Source: an uncultured bacterium
GTDB taxonomy: Bacteria; Acidobacteriota; Thermoanaerobaculia; Multivoradales; JAHZIX01
Assembly: GCA_965368975.1 (NCBI GenBank)
Contig: CBDUPA010000001.1
Location: forward strand, 480,001-544,000
Reading direction: 5' to 3'
DNA length: 64,000 nt
Within the stretch, counting starts at the first letter, position 1. Every line of letters begins with the position of its first letter. The notes under the pieces are model-generated. The model saw only the letters and a program-made list of their open reading frames with translations. It made no database searches and was not told where the DNA came from. This document shows, one piece after another, positions 1 to 8,355 of this stretch. Position numbers and translations under genes: made by a program.

Positions 1-1422
1 GCCGGCGCGGTGGATGGCGCCGGTGGGACAGCCCACCAGGCACACCGGATCCTGGCAGTGGTAGCACGAACGCGCGACCAGTAGCTTGCCGACCTTGTCG
101 CCTTCACGCACGAAGCGCGGCCGGCCGTCGTGGGTGGCGGCGCAGGCGCGGACGCAGTCGTCGCAGCGAGTACAGCGTTCGAGGTCGATGACCAGCATGC
201 TGCTGCCCTGCACCAGCCCCTGGTCGAGCGCCGTCTGGATGAACTCGGAGCGTCCGACGTCGCGCCGGCTGGCGCCCATTTCCTTGATCCGGTCGGCGGC
301 ACTCTGCCACAGCCGCTCCTCGATCTCGGGCTTGGCGTCGACCAAGCGCCGGAAGAGCTCGGCCGGGATCTTGACCAGCTCGGCGTACTCGACCGACGAG
401 GCGGTGGCTTCCCAGCGCGGCGGATCGAGCAGCAACAGCTCGACTTCCCCCAGCGTCATGCCCTTGGAGAGGTAGGTGGCGACGATCTGGCTGTCGATCG
501 TCGGATGCGTGCTGCCCGTGTCGCCGCCAGTCAGCTTCTGCTCGAGCTTGAGGAAGCCGGAGCGCACCAGGTAGACAGCGTCCGCCGCCTCGCCCTCGCG
601 CACCACGACCTCACCCGGTTCGATCGACACCAGCTCGACTTCGTTCTCGAGCGCCAAGAGGTAGACGTCGGGCAAATCGGCGAACAGCGGTGTGCTGGCC
701 AGCTGCACGCGCAGAGTTCGCTCACGGTAGAGGTCGTCCAGACGCTTCTTGAGGTCGTCTGATCGGCGCTTCATCAGGCGCAGCGCGGGCACGCGGATCT
801 GCACCAGCTTGCACTCGCTGGCGGTGCGTGCGGTGACGCTTTGGGGCCAGCCGCTCATGGCGCCGATCTCGCCGAACAGTTCACCAGCGCCGAGCTTGGC
901 GGCGGTGCCGCGCGGCAGGTCGAAGTCCATGGTGGCCAGGAAGCCGATCTCGTGCTGGCGTAGGCCCGAAGCGGTCGATATGCGTGGCAAGATTTGCGTC
1001 CCAGCGGCGCCCGCGAAGCTGCCAGTAGCACCTGCGGTGATGTCCGAGACCATGGTGCGCTGGGCGTCAAAGATCGGGGCAGACGTCGCGGGACCGTTGC
1101 TGCCGTGCGCGTCGTCCCCGGGTGTTTGCAAGTAGACTTCGACCTCGCCCTCGATCAGGAAGAAGGCGAGATCGAGAAAGCTACCCTGCTCGAACAGCAC
1201 GACGCCTGGCTGCCAGGTGACGATCGAGATGTCGGGGCTGAGCTTTTCCAGGAACTTGTCGTCGTACGGCGCGAACAGGTCGATCTGGCGCAGCACCGCT
1301 GGCGATGGCTTGTCCGAGATCTGGCGGATACCGGTGTTCTGGCCGTAGCTGCTCCAGCGGTCCCGGTACTGCTCGATGCGCCGCAGCTGCGTCTTGGAGA
1401 TGGCGTCGGTGGTGCTGCTCAT
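1..1422 (-). CDS. Tandem cyclic-nucleotide-binding domains fused to a 4Fe-4S dicluster ferredoxin domain (3' end runs off window)
   Basis: Missing from the ORF track because it has no stop in the window. Manual translation from ATG at 1422, which overlaps the upstream TGA (ATGA): MSSTTDAISK...VLFEQGSFLDLAFFLIEGEVEV...GAGELFGEIG...VVREGEAADAVYLVRSG...GMTLGEV...IDLERCTRCDDCVRAC...SCYHCQDPVCLVGCPTGAI. Confidence 0.85.
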   Translation of the reverse strand, partial: MSSTTDAISKTQLRRIEQYRDRWSSYGQNTGIRQISDKPSPAVLRQIDLFAPYDDKFLEKLSPDISIVTWQPGVVLFEQGSFLDLAFFLIEGEVEVYLQTPGDDAHGSNGPATSAPIFDAQRTMVSDITAGATGSFAGAAGTQILPRISTASGLRQHEIGFLATMDFDLPRGTAAKLGAGELFGEIGAMSGWPQSVTARTASECKLVQIRVPALRLMKRRSDDLKKRLDDLYRERTLRVQLASTPLFADLPDVYLLALENEVELVSIEPGEVVVREGEAADAVYLVRSGFLKLEQKLTGGDTGSTHPTIDSQIVATYLSKGMTLGEVELLLLDPPRWEATASSVEYAELVKIPAELFRRLVDAKPEIEERLWQSAADRIKEMGASRRDVGRSEFIQTALDQGLVQGSSMLVIDLERCTRCDDCVRACAATHDGRPRFVREGDKVGKLLVARSCYHCQDPVCLVGCPTGAIHRAG

Positions 1423-3812
1423 GGCGAGGTCTCCCGGCCCGCTGCGGCGTATAGCTGTTCGAGGCGTGTCTTGAGGATGTGCAGCAGGTCTTCGACCGAG
1501 GTGTCGTCCGTGATCTCCGGGAACGGCGGCAGGCCGAGGCTCTGCGCGTCGTCGAGTCGGGACAGCTCTTCCAGGGTACTCGATACCAGGCCCCGGCGCT
1601 GGCTGGCTGGCCGTGGCAGCGGCGGTCCCGCGTGCAGGGCGCGGGTGCGATCATCGCTGGTGGCAGTCGTGCTGGTGGCAGTCGTGCTGGCTGCAGTCGT
1701 GCTGGCTGCAGTCGACCCGGGCCTAGGTCCTGGAGCAGAAGTTGCCGCAGCCGAGGAAGCAGGGTTGGTGGCCTGGGTCGTGGCTCCCTGGCTAGTCGTC
1801 GCTCCGGTGGGCGCGGCCGAAGCCAGCTGGGCGCGTGGGACGTCCGGCACGGCGCCGCGAGCGGCCAGGGCCGTGTCGAACGACGCTTGCAGCACCGCCG
1901 GAGCTTCCAGCTGCACCTGCCAGTGAGCGATCTTGCCCAGGCCGGCGACGTAGTCGAAGCCGGCCCCGGAAGGATGGCCGGAGGAGATCAGGCGCGGGTC
2001 GGTGATGTAGTGGCAGCCGGTGCACAGCTGGGCGCGCGTCGCGGGCTCTTTGAGTTCGCGCATGCCGAGCTGCAAGGCTTGCAGGTAGCCGGGACGCTGC
2101 CGGCCGAGGGCCTTGTCGCCTTCCTGATGTGGCTCGAGGAACTTCTCGGCGCCGCCGTGGCAGCTCTGGCAGCTGACGCCGTCGTTGACTTCGCGCGACT
2201 CCTGGCCGGTGACGACGGTGCCGTGGCAGTCCATGCACAGGCTGGTGCCGCGCGTCATGCGGCTCGGGCTGATGCCATAGAAGCGGGCGATCTGCACGTT
2301 CTTGGGTGACTGGTCGAAGAACGGGTCGATGGAGGTGTAGTGGCGATCGTTGAACCACCAAGCGTTCTGGTCGCCGTGGCACTTCTGGCAGGTACTGGCG
2401 GACAGGACACCGTGTGCCGACGCGGGCCGGAGGCGCGTCTTGGCCTGGCCGCTGGCAGCGACGCCGCCAGTGGCGGCTGCCGGACGCTGGCTGCCCGTCG
2501 CGTTGCCCGAGGAGCCCGGCGCTGGGGAGCTGCCGGGCGCGCCACCGGATGTCGTCCCAGTGTTGGAAGATGCCGTGCCTGGAGCGGCCGTGCCTGGAGC
2601 GGTCGCGGCTCCCGAAGAAGGCTGGTCCGCGGCCAGCTGATTCGCTGACGAGGGGGCCGGGAGTTGATCTTCGGGCAGCGGAATCTCCTCGCCGCGCACC
2701 AGTGGGTCGAGGTCGGCGAGCTGACTGCCGTCGTGATTGTCGAGCACCTCTCGCGTCAGCTCGCCGATACGGTCGGCCGCCGCCAGTAGCGCCTGGCGCT
2801 GGCCGAGCGATGCACGCACGCCCTTGGCGACGCGCAGCATCTCGTCGACCTCGGGCAGGGAGGTCTGCAGCTGTACGCGACGTAGTTCTTGCAGCGAGGA
2901 GCGCAGCCGCTTCTGGGTTGACTTGAAGAAGACGCCGGACTCCGTGGCCGAGGCCAGGCCGCGCAGGCTGTACTCCACCGCCAGCGCGCGGCCGGCGAAG
3001 TAGAGCAGGCGCAGGCGCTCGGGCGGCCGCGGGGCATTGACGGCGACGCCGCCGTGGCGGAAAGAGTCGAGGAAGTTGTGGCGGATGTCCCCCTGCGACC
3101 ATGCGACGAGCTCGAAGTCGGCGCTGCCGAGGGAGTGGCGGCCGACGTTGACCAGCCGCTCGTCCGGCACGGTGTGGCAGCCGAAGCAGCTGGCGACGGT
3201 GGCGTAGATGTCCGAGGGCCGCCGCATGCCGGCGGCGCGGCTGGCGGCGATGCGCTGCTGGCGGTGTTCGGCGGTCTCGGTTTCGAAGGTGTAGTCCTGC
3301 CCGTCCGGAGCCTTGCCGCCATAATCGTTGTGGATGTCGATCCAGTCCGCGGCGGCGCCGTGGCAGGACTCACACGAGACGCCCGAGATGGCGCGCAACT
3401 GGTCCCCCTTGGGCGTCGGCGTGTAGTGGCAGCCCAGGCAGGGGCTGTCGCGTTTCATCAGGCGCAGCCCCAGACGGTCGGCGATCGCCTCCGCGTTCTC
3501 CTGCCGGTGCAAGGTTTTGAAGCCCTCGGCGTGCGGCGTCGTCTGCCACACCTGGAAGGCCGCCAGGTGGCACTCGCCGCAGGACTCGGCGGTGACGACC
3601 TTGGCCGGGTCGAGGTGGTTCAGACCGCCGGGGGCGCGCTCGGGGTCGGCGCTTTGCTGGGCTTCGACGCCGGTTGTCGCCACCAGGGATTCCTCGGCAT
3701 CCGGGCGTAGGGCGGACGGTTGTAGGACCAGTGGCGGCAGGCACACGAACACTGCCGCCAGCAGCCACCAGAAGGGCCGCGTCGAGAGGTTGCTACGCAG
3801 GGTTCGCCGCAT
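1419..3812 (-). CDS. Octaheme cytochrome c (two c554-like tetraheme modules with Ala/Thr/Gly-rich linkers)
   Basis: N-terminal hydrophobic signal and 8 CxxCH motifs: CGECH, CLGCH, CESCH, CFGCH / CQKCH, CMDCH, CQSCH, CTGCH. Confidence 0.9.
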   Translation of the reverse strand: MRRTLRSNLSTRPFWWLLAAVFVCLPPLVLQPSALRPDAEESLVATTGVEAQQSADPERAPGGLNHLDPAKVVTAESCGECHLAAFQVWQTTPHAEGFKTLHRQENAEAIADRLGLRLMKRDSPCLGCHYTPTPKGDQLRAISGVSCESCHGAAADWIDIHNDYGGKAPDGQDYTFETETAEHRQQRIAASRAAGMRRPSDIYATVASCFGCHTVPDERLVNVGRHSLGSADFELVAWSQGDIRHNFLDSFRHGGVAVNAPRPPERLRLLYFAGRALAVEYSLRGLASATESGVFFKSTQKRLRSSLQELRRVQLQTSLPEVDEMLRVAKGVRASLGQRQALLAAADRIGELTREVLDNHDGSQLADLDPLVRGEEIPLPEDQLPAPSSANQLAADQPSSGAATAPGTAAPGTASSNTGTTSGGAPGSSPAPGSSGNATGSQRPAAATGGVAASGQAKTRLRPASAHGVLSASTCQKCHGDQNAWWFNDRHYTSIDPFFDQSPKNVQIARFYGISPSRMTRGTSLCMDCHGTVVTGQESREVNDGVSCQSCHGGAEKFLEPHQEGDKALGRQRPGYLQALQLGMRELKEPATRAQLCTGCHYITDPRLISSGHPSGAGFDYVAGLGKIAHWQVQLEAPAVLQASFDTALAARGAVPDVPRAQLASAAPTGATTSQGATTQATNPASSAAATSAPGPRPGSTAASTTAASTTATSTTATSDDRTRALHAGPPLPRPASQRRGLVSSTLEELSRLDDAQSLGLPPFPEITDDTSVEDLLHILKTRLEQLYAAAGRETSP
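1656..1715. repeat. 15-bp in-frame tandem repeat x4 (STTAA/STTAT linker)
   Basis: gctggtggcagtcgt x2 followed by gctggctgcagtcg(t/a) x2. Confidence 0.9.
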
Positions 3813-3848
3813 CAGAAACTCTTGTCCGCATCAGAACTTCCCCCCACA

Positions 3849-5306
3849 TCAGAACTTGAAGACCAGCTCCAGGCGGCCGCCGTAGGGCGTGCGGTCGCCG
3901 AGGCGGCTCGGCTGGTGCGACACGAAACCATCCACCACGATGACCCAGTGCTGGCCGTGCGCTGCCTGGTAGCGTAGGGTCGCGGCGTAGGCGTCGTCGA
4001 TCAGATCGTCGGTGCCGACGCGCGCGGCCAGCTCGAACAGCACCTGCTTGCGCGTGGCGTCGAAGAAGTGCTGGTAGCCGAAGGCGCCGCCCACGACGTC
4101 GCGAGCGTGGCTGCTCAGCGGTGCGCCCAGGCTGCCCAGGTCGGGAGATGCGAAGCTGATGCCGGCGCGGCCAAGGGGGCCACCGGCGAGACCGCCTGGC
4201 CCAACGCCGCGCGCTGCCTCGGTGAAGCTGTCGACGGCAGCGAAGGTGTTGAAGTACACCAGGTCGTGGCTGTGGTGCGGTGTCCACGATAGTTCACTGA
4301 ACAGCAGCAGGCCATCCGTGGAGACCGCGGTCTCTTCGTTGGTGGCCAGGGAACCGAGCAGGCGCAGCGAGCTGTTGACGCTGCCGAAGCGCTGCACGCC
4401 GCTGATGCCAGCCACCAGCAGGTCGCCGCTGGCGTCGTTGGCGCTCAGGTAGGCGACGTCGAAGTCGACCGTCGAGCGACGCAAGTCGGTGGAGGTGAGC
4501 AGGGCGAAAAGGTCTGCGTCGCGCTCGGCGCCGAAGCTGGTGTTGAGGTTGCCCCAGCCGTAGAAGAAGGTGGCGCGGAAGTTCGAGGTGTTGCCCGGCA
4601 ACAAGGTGTTGCGCGTGATGCCGACGCCGTCGATGGTGTCGTTGATCAACAACCCTTCCTGGAACAGCAACGGCTGGCGCCCGACGGAGAAGCCGTAGTC
4701 GGTCGAACCGAGGCCGGAAGAGCCGAAGTCGTTGCGATCGAGGTTGGGGAAGATCTCGCCGAAGTCGCCCTCGAAGTAGAGCGTCTGCAGGTCGAGATTC
4801 AACTCGTCCTGGAACTCGCCGTCGAGGGCTGGGTCTGGATTCTCCAGGAAGTAGCTGGTGAAGCGGCCGTCCTGGTCGAGGGCGCGCACGCCGACGACCA
4901 GCCGCTCGCTGCCGCTGAGTGCCAGGTTGGCGAACAGGTCGAGGCGGCTGGCCCACTCGGTGATGCGGTCCTGGCTGCCGGCGGTGAAGTCCGGCTCGAG
5001 CGTCTGCAAGGCCGTGCGGAAGGTGCCGAAGACCAGCAGGTTGGGCTGCCAGACGGCGCCGGTCGGGAGCGTGTAGCCGCGGTGCAGGGTACCGGTACCG
5101 AGGAACGGAGCACCGAGTTCGAGCAACGGCTTGGGTCGCTCGGGCATGGCGTCGAGTTGCAGCGGAATGCGCTCGTCGGTGAGGCGGCTGGCGCTCTCGC
5201 CCTCGTGCGTGTTCGACTCACCCCCCGCGGCCCACAGGCCGGCGGGCGACAGGAGCAGGAGACAGGTCAGCAAGGCTGGGGTTGTGCCTGGGGTTGTGCG
5301 AATCAC
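3849..5306 (-). CDS. Putative outer-membrane beta-barrel porin
   Basis: Signal peptide, alternating amphipathic beta-strands, C-terminal ...GGRLELVFKF with terminal Phe; lies between two multiheme cytochromes. Confidence 0.7.
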   Translation of the reverse strand: MIRTTPGTTPALLTCLLLLSPAGLWAAGGESNTHEGESASRLTDERIPLQLDAMPERPKPLLELGAPFLGTGTLHRGYTLPTGAVWQPNLLVFGTFRTALQTLEPDFTAGSQDRITEWASRLDLFANLALSGSERLVVGVRALDQDGRFTSYFLENPDPALDGEFQDELNLDLQTLYFEGDFGEIFPNLDRNDFGSSGLGSTDYGFSVGRQPLLFQEGLLINDTIDGVGITRNTLLPGNTSNFRATFFYGWGNLNTSFGAERDADLFALLTSTDLRRSTVDFDVAYLSANDASGDLLVAGISGVQRFGSVNSSLRLLGSLATNEETAVSTDGLLLFSELSWTPHHSHDLVYFNTFAAVDSFTEAARGVGPGGLAGGPLGRAGISFASPDLGSLGAPLSSHARDVVGGAFGYQHFFDATRKQVLFELAARVGTDDLIDDAYAATLRYQAAHGQHWVIVVDGFVSHQPSRLGDRTPYGGRLELVFKF

Positions 5307-7228
5307 GGCTGACTCCTCCCGCTGATCGCGTCGCCCGCTGTGGTTTCCGCCGCGTCGCTCGCCGAGTCAGGGGCGTCTGTGGTGTGCTCGGCTTGCTGCG
5401 CTGGTGCCGCGGCGTGCAGCGGTATCTCGACATCGGTCTCCCACAGCACCAGGTGGCCGTCGACCACACGCTCGGCGACCTCGCGTGCGCTCAGGAAGTA
5501 GTCGAAGCCGACACCCTTGATCTCGTTGACCAGATTGACCGGCACCATGCCGGCGATCAGTTGCACACGCGCCCGGTACGGGCCATGTCCGGTCAGCGCC
5601 TCGGGCTCGATCTCGTAGCTGCCGATGCGGTTGCCGCCGGGGGGGATGCCCTGCTTGTGCTTGCGGGCACCGCGCGGCCGGCCGGTGAGGATGGTCGAGG
5701 AGGTCGAGGGGCGTAGGAAGGGCAGCGGGTCGGGCGAGAAGTTGAGCGCCAGCACCTGTTCGCGCTCGCCGCCGCGCACCATGCGGGTGAGGAACTTGGA
5801 CTGCAGGCTGAGCAGGTACTCGTCGCGTGGTAGCTCACCGTTGTGCACGTAGAGGCTGTGGCTGTCGCGCAGGTCGCCGTTGGGGTCGAGGTCGCCGGAA
5901 ACGAAGACGACGTCGCCGTTGCGGTCGGTCACGGTGACGCGCACGAAGACCAGCCGCTCGGCGTCGAAGCCGGTCGGCACGCCGTGGCCGTTGGTGGCGT
6001 TGACCACTTCCACCTCCAGCTCGACGCCGCGTCGCTCGTCGGCCCGGCGCACCTGGATCTCACCGAATTGGTAGCCTGCCTGCAGCACTCTGCGACGCTG
6101 GCGGTTGGCTTCTGCGAGCAACTCCAGGTTGTCGTTCAGGATGTCGCGCGCATCGTAGCGGTCGTCGGCCGAGGTCCAGCGCTCGGGGAATTCGAAGTCG
6201 TCCGGTACCTGGTCCTCGAAGTCGTCGGTGCCCCAGCCGGCCTGCCAGTCGAAGCTCAGCCACTCGCGGATGGTCGCCAGCTCGGAGGCCTCGGTGTTGT
6301 GCGGGAAGATGCCCGGGTGGACGACGGAGTAGTCCGGTCCGATGAACATGTGGTCGGTGCGCTTGCGCACCATGGTCGGACGCCCGCCGACGATCGCAGC
6401 CGGCTCCTGCCGGTAGCCCGACGCGACTCCCGGTTCGACGCCCATGTGGCAATCCTGGCAGGACACCTGCTCGCGGGCCGCCGGCGAGTTCTTGTACTCG
6501 CTGAACGCTTCTTCGAGACGGAAGCCGTTGACCAGGTTGACGTCGTGGCAGGTGCCGCAGAAGCCCGAGGTCGAGATCTGGAAGAACTTCTCGGCTCCGG
6601 TGTGGATGGCGCGGCCAGCGCGCCCACGTTCGGTATTGACGCGGTACTCGCCGCTGTCGATCACGCGCGCCAGTTCTTCGCCGCCGGTCGGTCCGTAGAC
6701 CGGCTCGAAGAGATCGCCCTCGACGATCGCCAGGCGGCCACTCAGCTTGCCGTACTCGTTGTTGACCCGATGGCAGACGATGCACGTGACGCCCTCGCGC
6801 GACGTCGGGTGGCGGTCCATGTTGCTCATGAACTCGGGCTCGCCCAGGTTCATCCCCACCGGTGTGTGGCAACGGATGCAGAAGTCGCCGTTGGTGCCGT
6901 TGGTGATCTTCAGGACGGTGCCGTGCATGGCATTGAAGATCGGGCTCATCTGGGCGTACGAGTGCGGTGACACGGACCATTCACGGTAGTGGTCCGGGTG
7001 GCAGGTGGCACAGGTGGTGGCGGAGGGGAAGCGGTTCTCCAGGAACAGCTTGGCGTGCTCTTCGTCGGCGCTGAGGGGCGCGCTCTCGTCGCTGGCCGGG
7101 ATCAGCGACTCCGGGGCGGGATCGTCGGCGAAGGCCCACAGGTTCAGGGCCAGTACCGTCAGCGTCAGGACCACCAGGGCACTGCCTGCGGCGCGGCCCG
7201 AAGTGGCGAGCCGGGTCTGCTTTTTCAT
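5303..7228 (-). CDS. Pentaheme cytochrome c (c554-like N-terminal domain plus C-terminal beta domain)
   Basis: Signal peptide and 5 CxxCH motifs: CATCH, CIRCH, CIVCH, CGTCH, CQDCH; 4-bp overlap with the porin gene. Confidence 0.9.
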   Translation of the reverse strand: MKKQTRLATSGRAAGSALVVLTLTVLALNLWAFADDPAPESLIPASDESAPLSADEEHAKLFLENRFPSATTCATCHPDHYREWSVSPHSYAQMSPIFNAMHGTVLKITNGTNGDFCIRCHTPVGMNLGEPEFMSNMDRHPTSREGVTCIVCHRVNNEYGKLSGRLAIVEGDLFEPVYGPTGGEELARVIDSGEYRVNTERGRAGRAIHTGAEKFFQISTSGFCGTCHDVNLVNGFRLEEAFSEYKNSPAAREQVSCQDCHMGVEPGVASGYRQEPAAIVGGRPTMVRKRTDHMFIGPDYSVVHPGIFPHNTEASELATIREWLSFDWQAGWGTDDFEDQVPDDFEFPERWTSADDRYDARDILNDNLELLAEANRQRRRVLQAGYQFGEIQVRRADERRGVELEVEVVNATNGHGVPTGFDAERLVFVRVTVTDRNGDVVFVSGDLDPNGDLRDSHSLYVHNGELPRDEYLLSLQSKFLTRMVRGGEREQVLALNFSPDPLPFLRPSTSSTILTGRPRGARKHKQGIPPGGNRIGSYEIEPEALTGHGPYRARVQLIAGMVPVNLVNEIKGVGFDYFLSAREVAERVVDGHLVLWETDVEIPLHAAAPAQQAEHTTDAPDSASDAAETTAGDAISGRSQP

Positions 7229-7426
7229 CGTAACTCCCTGCGATCAGGCGTGGCTGAGTTGGCTGCGTTGCGCACACGGGATCATACCCCATGGTGCCGG
7301 ATTGCAGGTTGGGTGATCCCTTTTGTGCTCGCTTGCTGTGGTCTCTAGTAGCCCAGCTTGCGACGTGCGTCGTCAGCATTCGGGCTTCATCCCTGAACAC
7401 GGATTCAACTCTCCAAGGAGACCATC

Positions 7427-8197
7427 ATGCAGTTTCGACATCTTTCCTGTCTCGTCGCAACCCTGTTGACCCTCTGTCTCACCATCGGGTGTGCGGCCCC
7501 TTCGGCGCAAGTCCCTGCCACTGTCGCCAACCTCGCCACGCAGGCTCCCTTCTGTGGCAGTGGTGGTGGCGTGAAGAACCTGACCACTGCGCAGACCACG
7601 CTGACCATCGCCTATGCCGCCGGGCTCGGCAGCGGCATGCCGGGCTCGCAGGAGGATGCGGCCCTGCAGCAGACCTTGAAGAGCCAGATCGACTGTGTCC
7701 TGCAGAGCCAGGGCTTGACTTACCGGGTGATCTGGGGGCCCGTCGTCGTGTTCAAGCGCAATGACCTCTCCGGTGACTACGCTGTGGCCAACACCATGTT
7801 CGTCGCCCAGCCTGAAGGGTCCCCGGAAAACTTCGTGATCGGTATCGCTGGAACCAACCCCAAGTCCAAGTTCGATGAGCAGTTCGAGGATTTCGACGTC
7901 ACGCTGGTGCCTTGGTCTTACGGTAGCCCGGACTCGGGTGCCGCGATCACGAACGGAACGCTCACGGGGCTGGAGATCCTGCTCGGGATGGAGGACGCGA
8001 GTCAGGACATGGATAGCCAGACGCTCATGGGATTCTTGAAGACTCAGACTAGCGGTGGAACGCACCTACAGGTCACGACCCTCGACTTCTCGCTCGAGAC
8101 CCTCGCGCAGCACGTCTGTGCCTACCCCGATCAGCTTGGGTTGTCGAACCTGCTGCTCACGGAAGCCCAGTGCGTCAAGAACAACCCCTGGTCTTGA
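7427..8197 (+). pseudogene. Lipase class 3-like lipoprotein lacking the GxSxG region (probable in-frame internal deletion)
   Basis: AAGGAG SD and lipobox TIGC. Lipase-like segments WGP, IGIAGTNP, EDFDV and NGTLTGL are present, but ...LQVT runs straight into ...AQHVCAY with no GHSLG. Confidence 0.55.
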
Positions 8198-8355
8198 GGC
8201 TTCGGCTCCGTGGAGTTGGCTGAGGCCCAAGGCGGGCGTGCCCCTCGAGTGCTAAGCTGGCAAGTGGGGGGGCATGCCTCGACCCTATTCTTTGACGGCA
8301 TTCCTTGACGGCATGCTTCGACCGGCCGGGATCACCACTTCGCAGGGAGGTCACC

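Noticed and set aside
86-1926. Plus-strand ORFs (130-762, 994-1926 etc.)
   Set aside because: Antisense shadows of the minus-strand cNMP/Fe-S and cytochrome genes; no motifs.
7401-7427. Shared tcaact..ccaaggaga upstream of 7427 and 32256
   Set aside because: Mostly an extended Shine-Dalgarno that also precedes several other genes; not evidence of a regulon.
8292-8314. Direct repeat ttgacggcat x2 upstream of ppsA
   Set aside because: Could be a TF site, but cannot be distinguished from the frequent local duplications in this genome.
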